From the NCBI GenBank assembly GCA_012838265.1, contig DUPP01000110.1, positions 1 through 52,223 of the forward strand: DNA of 52,223 nt, given 5' to 3'. Positions 8,981-20,503 of this stretch are shown here, in pieces. How positions within the stretch are numbered: the stretch's first letter is position 1; every line of letters starts with the position of its first letter. A program made the position numbers and the translations under genes. The DNA is from Clostridiales bacterium (lineage in GTDB: Bacteria > Bacillota > Clostridia > Peptostreptococcales > Anaerovoracaceae). The notes under the pieces were generated by a model. It was given only the letters and a program-made list of their open reading frames with translations. It ran no database searches and was not told where the DNA came from.

Positions 8981-9988
8981 CTACAAGATACTTCTGGAAA
9001 TTACCTTGTACAATTCATCGCTTGAAGGTGGATCAATCTCTACCTTTTCGTCTCCAATTACCATATAGAACCCCGCTTTCAGCTCATTTATTTTACCAAT
9101 ACAGGCAACCGGCACCCCGGCATTTCGCAGCGCATCCATCATCCGTTCCTTAACCTCGGGGCGCACCATTATCATCATGCTGCCACTTGATATAAGTCTC
9201 AGATAGTCAATATCAAAATGATCGCAAATCTTTTTGGTTATATCGCTAACGGGGATTTGGTCGACCCACACTTCAGCTCCAGTTTTGGCTGCATCACACA
9301 TTTCCCAAACAGAGCCTAAAACCCCGCCTTCTGTGATATCATGCATTCCTACAGTTCCAATCTTGCCTGCGATGACTCCTTCCTTCACAACACTGACCTG
9401 ATCCAGCATTTCCTTTGCTGCCTGAAATTCATCCTCAGTAAGTATCCCTGTTAACTCTTCCCCAAAATCCTGGGCAATTATTCCCGTTCCTTCCATCCCT
9501 GCTTGCTTAGTCATCAAGATATAATCGCCAGGCTTCATATTTACTTTATGCTGTGTATCCCTTTTTTCCCCTCTGCCAATAGCAGTGGATACAATGACTG
9601 GCTTTGTAACTGCCGTAGTGATCTCTGTATGACCACCGATTATTTCCACGCCCAGTTCCTCTGAAACTTCTGCTGCTTGTTTCATGATCATCTCTACCTG
9701 TTCTTCTGTAGTACCTTCAGGAAGCATTAATGTCAGTAGTATCCCCAATGGCTCTATTCCATTGGAAGCAATATCGTTGCAAGAGATATGCACAGCAAGT
9801 CTGCCGATATCCCCTACTGCCGCTGTTATGGGATCAGTCGATAAAACACATTCATAAGAACCAAAGTCCACCACAGCACAATCTTCACCGATACCGGGAC
9901 GCGTAATAACCTCTGGTCTCTTAAATTTAATATTCTTGAACACGATTTCTTCGAGTAGCCTGCTGTCCAGCTTGCCTGACTTTAACAT
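8981..9988 (-). CDS. AIR synthase-related (PurM/HypE-like fold) protein
   Basis: GIGEDCAV, STDPIT, NDIASNG, GGHTE, MHDITEGG motifs; lacks the HypE C-terminal PRIC. Confidence 0.85.
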   Translation of the reverse strand: MLKSGKLDSRLLEEIVFKNIKFKRPEVITRPGIGEDCAVVDFGSYECVLSTDPITAAVGDIGRLAVHISCNDIASNGIEPLGILLTLMLPEGTTEEQVEMIMKQAAEVSEELGVEIIGGHTEITTAVTKPVIVSTAIGRGEKRDTQHKVNMKPGDYILMTKQAGMEGTGIIAQDFGEELTGILTEDEFQAAKEMLDQVSVVKEGVIAGKIGTVGMHDITEGGVLGSVWEMCDAAKTGAEVWVDQIPVSDITKKICDHFDIDYLRLISSGSMMIMVRPEVKERMMDALRNAGVPVACIGKINELKAGFYMVIGDEKVEIDPPSSDELYKVISRSIL

Positions 9989-10012
9989 TTTTCACCTCAC
10001 CGAATCACCAGA

Positions 10013-10840
10013 CTATATAAAAAATTCCGGTTCAGCCCTGCGCGTATATTCTTCTTCCAATTCTTGCTTGTGGTATAGGTAACCTTCATCTGCATAATAT
10101 TTTGCTTGCACCGGACATTTTTTGATGCAAGCACCGCATTTGATACAGATACCTACAACTTCCCTGACATTTTCAAAGCTGATGGCGCCCATTGGACACA
10201 CTTCTGCACAAATAAGGCAATCAATGCAATCATCGTTAGTCAGAGGCTTCACCTTTCTTATATCAATGTGATTTCCTGTTCGGTCCCTGGGTTGATAATA
10301 CCCTCTGTAAGGCTCTGGTATCCCTTTCACATCGACGGGCTTTTCTGGTATAGTTCCCTCAATTGACTTTACTTTATCTGCTATTTTTTCGGCAAATTCA
10401 GCTGCAAGCTTCATATCATCAGCATCCGGCCTGTCCTTCGCCAGCGTATAAGAAAATGAGTGTTCCCCAATAAAGGCTGCTGCTGCTATCGTATGTATTT
10501 TCCCTTTTTCAAGAATATCCCTTAATTCTATCAAAGCATCGTCATAATTTCTGTTTCCGTACAAAACTACAGGGACACCAATAGCATCATTTCCCTCAAT
10601 AGTTGCGAGGTATTTTAACATTAAATTCGGTACACGGCCGGCATACACGGGTGTGCCGAAAATAACCAAATCGTTCGCATTAAACTTCAAATTCTCGGCT
10701 CTTGAAACAGGTAATGTGAAATCACGAGTTCCATATTCTATTCCAAGTTTTTGTGCAACAGTTTTTGCAATTTTTGTGACTATCTTTTCAGTAGTTCCCG
10801 TCGCACTAAAATAAACAGCCCATACTTTATTAATCATCAT
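10013..10840 (-). CDS. EFR1-family ferredoxin (flavodoxin-like domain + 2x[4Fe-4S])
   Basis: YFSATGTT, PVYAGRVP, YGNRNYDDAL; CIDCLICAEVCP and CIKCGACIKKCP. Confidence 0.88.
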   Translation of the reverse strand: MMINKVWAVYFSATGTTEKIVTKIAKTVAQKLGIEYGTRDFTLPVSRAENLKFNANDLVIFGTPVYAGRVPNLMLKYLATIEGNDAIGVPVVLYGNRNYDDALIELRDILEKGKIHTIAAAAFIGEHSFSYTLAKDRPDADDMKLAAEFAEKIADKVKSIEGTIPEKPVDVKGIPEPYRGYYQPRDRTGNHIDIRKVKPLTNDDCIDCLICAEVCPMGAISFENVREVVGICIKCGACIKKCPVQAKYYADEGYLYHKQELEEEYTRRAEPEFFI

Positions 10841-10977
10841 ATCTACCTCGTTTCAAAATATTATATATGCAATACATTATAACGCATTTGTAGAAAATTA
10901 TCGACTATAGAAAATTTTATAGTTCAGTTCTTCAGTATTGAATGAAAGTAATTTTTGAATTTCCACTTTTTGCTACT

Positions 10978-11187
10978 TTAAGATACCTCATAACCTTGGT
11001 CTTCAATAGCTTCTTTAATACTGTCAAGCGTAATCTTATCATCATCATACTCAACAATTACTGCTTTTTCTTCCAGCTCTACATTTACATTTAATACTCC
11101 GTTCAGGCTGCTTACCGCACCATTTACTGCATTTACGCAATGTGAGCATGACATTCCCTCTACATGCAACATAATTTTTTTGATCAT
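10978..11187 (-). CDS. copZ: Copper chaperone CopZ (HMA domain)
   Basis: VEGMSCSHCV motif; C-terminal IEDQGYEV. Confidence 0.9.
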   Translation of the reverse strand: MIKKIMLHVEGMSCSHCVNAVNGAVSSLNGVLNVNVELEEKAVIVEYDDDKITLDSIKEAIEDQGYEVS

Positions 11188-11192
11188 TTTGT

Positions 11193-13157
<1,965 letters not shown>

Positions 13158-13176
13158 TCAATAAAAGCAATCTGTC

Positions 13177-13267
13177 GTTCTATGCTATTGTTCTTGATTG
13201 TTTATGTTATGCTGCTGTTCTTGATTGTTCTTGCTATTGCCCTTGATTGTTCTTGCTATTGTTCTAT
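13177..13267. repeat. Degenerate ~22-bp tandem repeat (ATTGTTCTTG / ATTGTTCTTGCT subunits) in the pcrA-ligA spacer
   Basis: GCTATTGTTCTTGATTG...GCTGTTCTTGATTGTTCTTGCTATTGCCCTTGATTGTTCTTGCTATTGTTCTA; ends on the pcrA stop. Confidence 0.85.
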
Positions 13268-15489
13268 ATTTTCTTTATAGGGGCTATATTCTTTGCAAGC
13301 AGCTTCACGCCTACCGAGTCAAAGACCACGTTCAAAATGTTTCCCTTTACAGAAAGAACGAGACCCTCTCCAAATTTACTGTGGCTGATTTTATCGCCTT
13401 CCTTTAAATCGAGGTTCTTATCACCACCGGAGGATTCAGCCATCTTATTTTGTTTTATATATTTCAATTGTTCAAAAGGTCGGAAAATCTCGGGATTAGA
13501 ATATCCATCATTTCCACTGCCTTGGCTAAATCTCGAATTTCTGTCTGACGTTGTGTTGCTTTTATATATCGCATCCCCTTCTACCAGTGATTTGTCCAGT
13601 TCAATTAAAAATTGAGATTCCTTTGTGTAATTGGTTTTTCCATACAATGTGCGATATTCGGCACTAGTCAAATATAGTCTCCGCATAGCCCTAGTCATCC
13701 CCACATAACATAATCTTCGCTCCTCTTCAATACCATCAGACTTTTCAAAAGCCCTCCATCCCGGGAACAGACCGTCTTCCATACCCGGCATGAATACCAC
13801 TGGAAACTCTAGACCTTTGGCACTATGTAGAGTCATTAGTACCACCGCATTTTCATCGGCATTATGGTTATCGATTTCAGCTAGCAAAGCAATCTTTTCC
13901 ATAAATTCAGACAGGCTTAGCTGGGGATCTTCATTTTCATAATCATAGATAACTGATTTGAATTCTAACAAGTTTTCAATTCTTCCCTCAGACTCAACGG
14001 TGTTCTGCATTTCAAGGTTTTTTAGGTATCCCGTTTTTACAAGCAGTCCATCATAAATGTCGGAAACCTTTAGATTATCTTTTTCTTGGCTGAATTTCCA
14101 GATTACAGCAATCATATCCCGTACACCTTCTGCTGCTTTAGAGGGAAGCCCTTCTACGACTTCATTATCTGTAAGGATATCAAATAAACTTTCATTTCTA
14201 ACAGAGGCTAATGCTCTTAGCTTTTCTAGTGTTTTTTCCCCAATGCCACGTTTGGGCTCGTTTATTATCCTTGCCAGACTTAGATCGTCCGCTGTATTCT
14301 GAACCAAGCGCATATAAGCCATAATATCCTTGATTTCTTTCCGATCATAATACCTGGTTCCGCCCAAAACCCTATAGGGAATCTGTCTTGCCAGGAAGGC
14401 TTCTTCAAAAGTTCTGGACTGGACATTTGTGCGATACAGCACTGCAAAGCTGCTGTAGGGTAATTCTCTGGAATGCAGCCGATCAATCTCTTGTGCTATA
14501 TACCGCGCCTCATCTTTTTCATTGTCCGCCCTATAATATTTTATCTTCTCGCCCTTTTCCTTATTCGTCCAAAGCTTCTTTCGCTTTCTGCCCTTGTTAT
14601 TTTCAATTACTGAATGGGCTGCCTCCAAAATGTTTCCGTATGAACGATAATTTTGTTCGAGTTTGATAACCTTTACATTCTTAAAGTCTCTTTCGAAATT
14701 TAGAATGTTCCTGATGTCAGCACCTCTCCACTGATAAATACACTGGTCATCGTCTCCAACAACACAGATGTTGTTATGTGCCTTCGCCAGTAACTTAACG
14801 AAAAGATACTGCATATAGTTTGTATCCTGGTATTCGTCTACCATGATATAACGAAATTTATTTTGATAATAAGCAAGTATCTCTTCATTTGATTCAAAAA
14901 TTTCCACCGTTTTTAGAATCAAATCATCAAAATCCATAGCGTTATTCTTCTTCAGTACCGATTCATAAGCTAAATAAAGGTCATAAATTATCTTATTTTT
15001 AAAATCTAAATCATTGCGTTTTGCGAAATCAGACGGACTTATGCCTTTTTCCTTGCAATCGCTAATAATACTTAGAACGTAAGCAGGGTTATACTTTTTT
15101 TCATCTACATTACGTTCTTTCATGCAATTCTTCATGACAACCTTCTGATCTGTAGGATCATAGACAACAAAGTCGTTATTATATCCTATACATTCCGCGT
15201 GTCTCCTAAGTATTCGCAAGCATGCAGAATGGAAGGTAAGTATCCACATATTTATTCCTTCCCCGATAAGCTCTTCTACTCTGTCTCTCATTTCTTTTGC
15301 AGCTTTATTAGTAAAAGTAACCGCAAGAATATTATACGGGGAAACACCCTCTTCTTTAATCAAATAAGCAATCCTATGTGTCATAGTGCTGGTTTTACCG
15401 CTTCCTGCGCCGGCGAGGATCAGCATAGGTCCTTCTTTATGTATAACAGCCTCTTTCTGCTGAGGATTAAGCTTGTCTAAATAGTCCAT
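13264..15489 (-). CDS. pcrA: ATP-dependent DNA helicase PcrA/UvrD
   Basis: LAGAGSGKT, VDEYQDTN, VGDDDQCIYQWRGA, LEQNYRS, TLHSAKGLEF, EERRLCYVGMTRA, C-terminal Tudor-like domain; start moved to ATG 15489. Confidence 0.97.
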   Translation of the reverse strand: MDYLDKLNPQQKEAVIHKEGPMLILAGAGSGKTSTMTHRIAYLIKEEGVSPYNILAVTFTNKAAKEMRDRVEELIGEGINMWILTFHSACLRILRRHAECIGYNNDFVVYDPTDQKVVMKNCMKERNVDEKKYNPAYVLSIISDCKEKGISPSDFAKRNDLDFKNKIIYDLYLAYESVLKKNNAMDFDDLILKTVEIFESNEEILAYYQNKFRYIMVDEYQDTNYMQYLFVKLLAKAHNNICVVGDDDQCIYQWRGADIRNILNFERDFKNVKVIKLEQNYRSYGNILEAAHSVIENNKGRKRKKLWTNKEKGEKIKYYRADNEKDEARYIAQEIDRLHSRELPYSSFAVLYRTNVQSRTFEEAFLARQIPYRVLGGTRYYDRKEIKDIMAYMRLVQNTADDLSLARIINEPKRGIGEKTLEKLRALASVRNESLFDILTDNEVVEGLPSKAAEGVRDMIAVIWKFSQEKDNLKVSDIYDGLLVKTGYLKNLEMQNTVESEGRIENLLEFKSVIYDYENEDPQLSLSEFMEKIALLAEIDNHNADENAVVLMTLHSAKGLEFPVVFMPGMEDGLFPGWRAFEKSDGIEEERRLCYVGMTRAMRRLYLTSAEYRTLYGKTNYTKESQFLIELDKSLVEGDAIYKSNTTSDRNSRFSQGSGNDGYSNPEIFRPFEQLKYIKQNKMAESSGGDKNLDLKEGDKISHSKFGEGLVLSVKGNILNVVFDSVGVKLLAKNIAPIKKI

Positions 15490-15576
15490 AAAACTCCCCA
15501 TTAAATCTTTCATTTTATTCTTTTTCATTTTAACATAAAAGAGTTCTAAGTTATAGGAATAATATCTCCTTAAACA

Positions 15577-15607
15577 GAAAAGGGGACACTATAAGTGCCT
15601 CCCTTTC
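15577..15607 (-). terminator. Intrinsic terminator of rubrerythrin
   Basis: - strand GAAAGGGAGGCAC-TTATA-GTGTCCCCTTTTC followed by TGTTT. Confidence 0.65.
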
Positions 15608-15665
15608 AAATATTTTTTGCCAGTTTACATATTCTTAATTCTACTTTTTATTTTTATAATCTGTA

Positions 15666-15739
15666 TTGTAATTACAAGCAATTTATTTTGTATTATCTGA
15701 ATGCAAGTAATTTATTATATATTTGTATTACAAGCAATT
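15666..15739. repeat. Direct repeats TTGTA(A)TTACAAGCAATT downstream of rubrerythrin
   Basis: Copies at 15666-15683 and 15723-15739 plus partial GCAAGTAATTT; first copy holds palindrome TTGTAATTACAA. Confidence 0.65.
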
Positions 15740-15749
15740 GAATATGTAA

Positions 15750-16286
15750 TTAATAGTTTTTAACCCTCAATTCAAAATATGCCTTTGGATGCAAACATAC
15801 CGGACATTTTTCATATGCCTTTTGGCTGGTATATACATAGCCACAGTTTGCACACTTCCATTCAACAACGTCATCCCTTTCAAAGACTTTACCTTCTTCG
15901 ATATTCTTTTTTAATGTTCGATATCTTTCCTCATGTTCTTTTTCAACTTTTGCAACACCCTCCATCTGGGCAGCAATTTCAGGGAAACCTTCTTCTCTTG
16001 CAGTTTGGGCCATTCTTGCATACATGTCGGTCCATTCATAGTTTTCACCTTCAGCTGCATCTTCCAAATTTTCAGCAGTTGTCCCTATTCCATGAGCCAG
16101 TTTAAACCATAACTTAGCATGTTCCTTTTCATTTTCTGCAGTTTCTGCAAATATGGCAGCAATCTGCTCATATCCCTCTTTTTTGGCCTTGGAAGCATAG
16201 TATGAATACTTATTTCTTGCCATCGATTCACCTGCAAAAGCCTCCATCAGATTTTTCAGTGTTTTAGTCCCTTTTAAGTCCTTCAT
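15750..16286 (-). CDS. rbr: Rubrerythrin
   Basis: [18 protein letters not shown], ExxH di-iron motifs (EKEHA, EKEHE), WKCANCG...CPVCLHP rubredoxin domain; start ATG 16286 behind GGAGG. Confidence 0.95.
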   Translation of the reverse strand: MKDLKGTKTLKNLMEAFAGESMARNKYSYYASKAKKEGYEQIAAIFAETAENEKEHAKLWFKLAHGIGTTAENLEDAAEGENYEWTDMYARMAQTAREEGFPEIAAQMEGVAKVEKEHEERYRTLKKNIEEGKVFERDDVVEWKCANCGYVYTSQKAYEKCPVCLHPKAYFELRVKNY

Positions 16287-16436
16287 TATTTTTACCTCCT
16301 TTGTCATTTTACTTCTCTCATACGATTTTTATATTTATACTGAGTTTGACAATTACTCATTCTAGCTCAAGTTATATCATGGTTAGAATCCATTTAATTA
16401 AATCAATTAATTCTATGAAAAGCAATATTCCTTTGT

Positions 16437-18098
16437 TTATACGAATATGCTGCCTCCGATAAATTCTCTTAAAATTGAATTTTTTGCAATAACTGTATCG
16501 TCTTCAATGATTTTAAAATACTGCAGATATTTTAGAATTCTGATTGCTTCTCCGTACTCTGGTTCCTCTTGTGTGATTTTCAGAAGTAACGGTTCTGCAT
16601 ATTTTCTTAAAACTGACAGTTCATATATATGCTCAGAGTTGAAAAAAACATCTGCTTCACCGTTATATGGGAAAATATTTTTATCCTCTCCCATTCTGAC
16701 TTTTGGCCATGACTGAATAGTTTCCTGCGCTGAACTACCTCTAAACAAATAATCTCTTACCAGCCTTCGGATCATTCTTGCATCAGTAGTCGGTATTCTG
16801 TTATGCTCGTCAATGCTCAATTGTGTCAGTGGACTGATATATATTTTAAATTTTTCTTCATCTGGGATATACTCGGTAAGCTTCTTATTTAAGCTATGGA
16901 TTCCCTCGATAATGATTGGCTGTCCCTCCTCAGCCTTTGCGATTCTCTTCCCAAATATCTTTGTACCATTCACGAAATCAAAAGTCGGCATGTCAACTGT
17001 TTCTCCTTTAAGGAGCCTATTCATATCACTATTAAAGAGTTCGATATCCAGTGCGACTATATCTTCATAGTTTGGCTCTCCATGCTCATCTTTTGGTGTC
17101 TGATGACGTTCTAAAAAATAATCGTCGGTGCCAACATAAAGCGGTTTCAGTCCGTTAACTCTAAGCTGGATAATCAACCTTTTCGAAAAAGTGGTTTTAC
17201 CAGAGGAAGAAGGTCCTGAAATTAATATTATTCTCTTCTTCTTCTTCGCAATCATGTCAGCAATCTGTGCAATTTTCTTTTCGTGAAGCGCTTCAGATAT
17301 CTGTATAACCTCTTTATATTCACCGCTTTCAATTGTCTCATTAAGATCCCCTACATAAGAAATCTGCATGAGTTTTGACCATAGCTTTGCTTCTCGGAAT
17401 ACCTTATATAGCTGTATTTCGTCTACATAGGGAGGTATCTTATTAGGCTGTGACGGATGGGGAAATCTAAGCAAGACTCCGCTTCGATACTTTCTCAATT
17501 CAAAATAAGGGATATAACGGGTAGAAGGTACCATTTGACCGTAGAAGAAATTTCGAAATCCATCTAAAGAATAAAAAGGAAGAATCTGAACTTCTGATTT
17601 TTTAAGCATCCTTTCTTTTTCCTTGTAGCCCTCAGCTATAAGTACGCGAAAAGCATCTTCTCTACTCATATGTTCCTTTATAAAGGGGATGTCCAGTTCT
17701 ACGAGTTCACGCATCCTCGCTTCAATCTCTTTTACCTGTTTGGCGGTTACTGAACCCCGCTCATTTATTTCTGTATATAAACCTTTGTTTAGTGAATTCT
17801 CAATAAGTACAGAAGCCTTGCCCATAACATCATTTATTGCCTTCATATAAAGCAGTGACAAGCTTCTTTGGTAAATAAGAAATCCGGCTTGTGATCTCAT
17901 ATCCAAAAATTCTATGCAACCGGGACATTCAATCGTCCTTGTCAATTCAGTTATTTTATTATTTACCTTTGCAGCTAAAACCGTATATGGAAGGTTTTTA
18001 TATTCTTCCGCCAGACTTTGTATTGTTGTTCCTTTTTTTACTGTTCTTTCGACAGGTTTCTCCCGCGGACCCGTTATTACTGTAATGTTGACATCCAT
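16437..18098 (-). CDS. Nucleoside (uridine) kinase with N-terminal ThrRS-like TGS/second domain
   Basis: LAAKVNNKITEL...FLDM..G..IYQRSL ThrRS-N-like; ISGPSSSGKTTF Walker A; IIEGIH; RRLVRD..RG. Confidence 0.85.
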   Translation of the reverse strand: MDVNITVITGPREKPVERTVKKGTTIQSLAEEYKNLPYTVLAAKVNNKITELTRTIECPGCIEFLDMRSQAGFLIYQRSLSLLYMKAINDVMGKASVLIENSLNKGLYTEINERGSVTAKQVKEIEARMRELVELDIPFIKEHMSREDAFRVLIAEGYKEKERMLKKSEVQILPFYSLDGFRNFFYGQMVPSTRYIPYFELRKYRSGVLLRFPHPSQPNKIPPYVDEIQLYKVFREAKLWSKLMQISYVGDLNETIESGEYKEVIQISEALHEKKIAQIADMIAKKKKRIILISGPSSSGKTTFSKRLIIQLRVNGLKPLYVGTDDYFLERHQTPKDEHGEPNYEDIVALDIELFNSDMNRLLKGETVDMPTFDFVNGTKIFGKRIAKAEEGQPIIIEGIHSLNKKLTEYIPDEEKFKIYISPLTQLSIDEHNRIPTTDARMIRRLVRDYLFRGSSAQETIQSWPKVRMGEDKNIFPYNGEADVFFNSEHIYELSVLRKYAEPLLLKITQEEPEYGEAIRILKYLQYFKIIEDDTVIAKNSILREFIGGSIFV

Positions 18099-18206
18099 AT
18101 CAGCCGTATTCCTCCCTTATTCATTATTATATGCTAAAAAATACGATAATTAATCGATGGGTTTTTTTGGAATTTCCACACATGTTCTTTAATTGTATCA
18201 TAAAAA

Positions 18207-18236
18207 GAATATTTTTTGAAGTGAATGGACATAATC
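18207..18236 (+). promoter_or_regulatory. Candidate sigmaG promoter of DUF378 gene
   Basis: GAATA-N18-CATAATC resembles GHATA-N18-CATAHTA. Confidence 0.4.
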
Positions 18237-18260
18237 ATAATCAGAAAGGAGTGAATATCC

Positions 18261-18464
18261 ATGAGAAATTTAGTTCTTATTTTAGTTATTATCGGTGCTA
18301 TTAATTGGGGGCTGATCGGGTTTTTCCGATATGACCTAGTTTCAACTATTTTCGGTGGGGAGTATGAAATTGTAAGCAGAATTATCTATGCACTCGTAGG
18401 ATTAGCAGGAATCTATGCTATTTCATTCTTTTTCCGAAACCGTCACGTAACTCAGGAGGAATAA
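18261..18464 (+). CDS. DUF378 (YuzA-like) small membrane protein
   Basis: LVIIGAINWGLIGFFRYDLVSTIFG...SRIIYALVGLAG; AGGAG RBS. Confidence 0.9.
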   Translation: MRNLVLILVIIGAINWGLIGFFRYDLVSTIFGGEYEIVSRIIYALVGLAGIYAISFFFRNRHVTQEE

Positions 18465-18496
18465 TCAAAACCGTCATGTAACTCAGGAAGAATGAT
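18437..18496 (+). repeat. 29-bp direct repeat (31-bp period) duplicating the DUF378 3' end and stop
   Basis: AAACCGTCACGTAACTCAGGAGGAATAAT (18437-18465) vs AAACCGTCATGTAACTCAGGAAGAATGAT (18468-18496). Confidence 0.9.
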
Positions 18497-18531
18497 TTCT
18501 AAATTCACATAAGAATAGTTTCTAATTGCTA

Positions 18532-18560
18532 TTGACAAATATAGTTTTCCACGTTATTAT
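18532..18560 (+). promoter_or_regulatory. sigmaA promoter of T-box leader
   Basis: TTGACA-N17-TATTAT. Confidence 0.75.
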
Positions 18561-18584
18561 GCTATTTATATTAAAAAATATTTA

Positions 18585-18822
18585 AATGCTATGATAGGGT
18601 AAAGTAAGTTATTCTTATGTTTACAGAAAGTCGGGGCATGATGAGAGCCGATAACAGATGTTTAACCGAAGTTCCCCCTTGAGCATGCATGTTGAACTAA
18701 AAAGTAGATGTGCACGGTTTCCTCCGTTATCGGGATACGGATTTTATGTCCTGAGTGGCTTATTAGCAATTAGAGTGGTACCGCGGGTTTCCCGTCTCTT
18801 ATGAGACGAGAAACCCTTTTTT
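18585..18822 (+). promoter_or_regulatory. T-box riboswitch, probable Phe (UUC) specifier
   Basis: GCTATGA..AGTA start of stem I, CAGAAAG AG-box, TGATGAGAG distal loop, GAA-G-TTC-C specifier loop (18668-18675), AGTA/CCGTTA stem II elements, T-box AATTAGAGTGGTACCGCG (18768-18785). Confidence 0.92.
18785..18822 (+). terminator. T-box attenuator terminator
   Basis: GGGTTTCCCGTCTC-TTAT-GAGACGAGAAACCC-TTTTTT. Confidence 0.88.
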
Positions 18823-18842
18823 ATTATCGGTTATGTCTTTAT

Positions 18843-18971
18843 TTAACAGCGATGGCAGTCATCAAATCTGTCACCTATACCAAGAATACCTGGCTGACAG
18901 AAAATGATTACCAGCAGCAGGAAGAAGAAGAGAAGGCTGTCATCAATGCCTCCAAAACCACGATAACTCAT
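18843..18971 (-). CDS. Small 42-aa single-TM peptide, probably sporulation-associated (not in ORF track)
   Basis: AAGGAGGT RBS 8 nt before ATG; MSYRGFGGIDDSLLFFFLLLVIIFCQPGILGIGDRFDDCHRC*; sigmaK-like promoter upstream. Confidence 0.78.
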   Translation of the reverse strand: MSYRGFGGIDDSLLFFFLLLVIIFCQPGILGIGDRFDDCHRC

Positions 18972-19015
18972 ATGGTAATACCTCCTTATGACTAAAATAG
19001 GTCGATTTTTAATAT

Positions 19016-19042
19016 TACTATATGATGAAAAATAAAATTGGT
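19016..19042 (-). promoter_or_regulatory. Candidate sigmaK promoter of the 42-aa peptide
   Basis: - strand AC-CAATTTTATTTTTCAT(16)-CATATAGTA matches AC-N16-CATANNNTA. Confidence 0.55.
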
Positions 19043-19087
19043 TACATCACCGGATAGGAACAATATAAAATTGAGGAGTAAGATAAT

Positions 19088-20386
19088 ATGATTTGGAATG
19101 AGTCTATGGAATGTATGAGCAGAGATCAGATGCACGACCTTCAAAGCAGGCGTCTGAGAAATATGGTAGAGCGAGTCTATCACAATGTAGAGTTCTATAG
19201 GAAAAAAATGCAAGCATTAGGTCTGGAGCCTGGCGACATTAAAACTATAGAAGATTTGGTCAAATTACCCTTTACAACAAAGCAGGATCTGCGTGATAAT
19301 TATCCCTTTGGTTTGTTTGCTGTTCCCAAAAGCGAAATTGTCAGATTTCACGCTTCTTCTGGCACCACAGGTAAACCTACCGTCGTGGCATATAGCAGAA
19401 AAGATATCAATATCTTTGCAGAGGTAGTCACCCGTGCTTTATGCTGCTCAGGCGTCACAAGAAACGACATTGTTCAAGTTGCCTTCGGATATGGTCTTTT
19501 TACTGGTGGTTTAGGCCTTCATTATGGCGCAGAAAAACTCGGTGCCGCCGTTGTACCTATCTCTGGCGGAAATACTGCAAAACAGATAACTTTACTTCAA
19601 GACTTTGGCAGTACAGTTCTTGTTTGTACTCCATCATATGCCGCATATCTTGCAGAATCAATTGCAGAAGCAGGAATTGATCCCCAAGAGCTGCCTCTCC
19701 GAGTCGGTGTGTTCGGTGCGGAACCCTGGAGCTATGAAATGAAAAAGAAAATCGAGGATGGATTAAAAATTAAGGCTTATGATATCTATGGTCTCAGTGA
19801 AATCATTGGGCCAGGTGTATCAAATAACTGTGATTGCCAAGACGGCTTACATATCGCAGAAGATCATTTCGTTCCCGAAATTATTGACCCTATCACACTG
19901 AATCAGCTTGACCCAGGGGTTACCGGAGAACTAGTATTCACTACAATTACAAAGGAAGCGATGCCTCTGCTGCGCTACCGTACCCGCGATTTAAGCAGCC
20001 TTGATTACTCCCCTTGCGAATGCGGAAGAACCAATGTAAGAATGGCTAAAATCTTTGGACGGTCTGATGATATGCTAATCATTAGAGGAGTCAATGTGTT
20101 CCCGTCACAGGTCGAGAGTGTATTGCTTGAAATCCCGGAAGCAAAGCCTCATTATATGCTCATTGTTGACAGAAAAGGCACTATGGACACCCTCGAGATC
20201 CAGGTAGAAATTGACGAGAAATTCTTCTCTGATGAAATGAGTCAATTAAACAATATTCGAAATAAAATTAAAGATAAAGTTGAAAGTGTCCTGGGAATTA
20301 GTGTTATAATAAGCTTAGTAGAACATAAAACAATCAAACGAAGCGAAGGAAAAGCCCAAAGAGTTATAGATAGACGAAAAATCTGA
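19088..20386 (+). CDS. paaK: Phenylacetate-CoA ligase family protein
   Basis: [80 protein letters not shown]. Confidence 0.92.
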   Translation: MIWNESMECMSRDQMHDLQSRRLRNMVERVYHNVEFYRKKMQALGLEPGDIKTIEDLVKLPFTTKQDLRDNYPFGLFAVPKSEIVRFHASSGTTGKPTVVAYSRKDINIFAEVVTRALCCSGVTRNDIVQVAFGYGLFTGGLGLHYGAEKLGAAVVPISGGNTAKQITLLQDFGSTVLVCTPSYAAYLAESIAEAGIDPQELPLRVGVFGAEPWSYEMKKKIEDGLKIKAYDIYGLSEIIGPGVSNNCDCQDGLHIAEDHFVPEIIDPITLNQLDPGVTGELVFTTITKEAMPLLRYRTRDLSSLDYSPCECGRTNVRMAKIFGRSDDMLIIRGVNVFPSQVESVLLEIPEAKPHYMLIVDRKGTMDTLEIQVEIDEKFFSDEMSQLNNIRNKIKDKVESVLGISVIISLVEHKTIKRSEGKAQRVIDRRKI

Positions 20387-20503
20387 GAGTAGTATTAGCA
20401 AAATCTATAAATAATGTTTAGCTTATGTTTGATTATTTGCAAGCATTAATTCTCACATTGGTTCAAAGGAGTTGGATCTAATGTTAAAAGGAAGGTGTCC
20501 GGT

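Noticed and set aside
8981-9988. Calling the AIR-synthase-like gene hypE because Ech is nearby
   Set aside because: Lacks the essential C-terminal PR(I/V)C and no other hyp genes are adjacent
13225-13615. Hydrophobic + strand ORFs (60 and 122 aa)
   Set aside because: Produced by the T-rich tandem repeat and antisense overlap with pcrA
16337-16356. Fur/PerR-like box upstream of rubrerythrin (TTGACAATTACTCATTCTA)
   Set aside because: Plausible context but symmetry and consensus match are too weak to call
18801-19213. ORFs 18801-18995 (+) and 18992-19213 (-)
   Set aside because: The first starts inside the T-box terminator and is the shadow of the 42-aa - strand gene; the second overlaps paaK antisense and has no RBS
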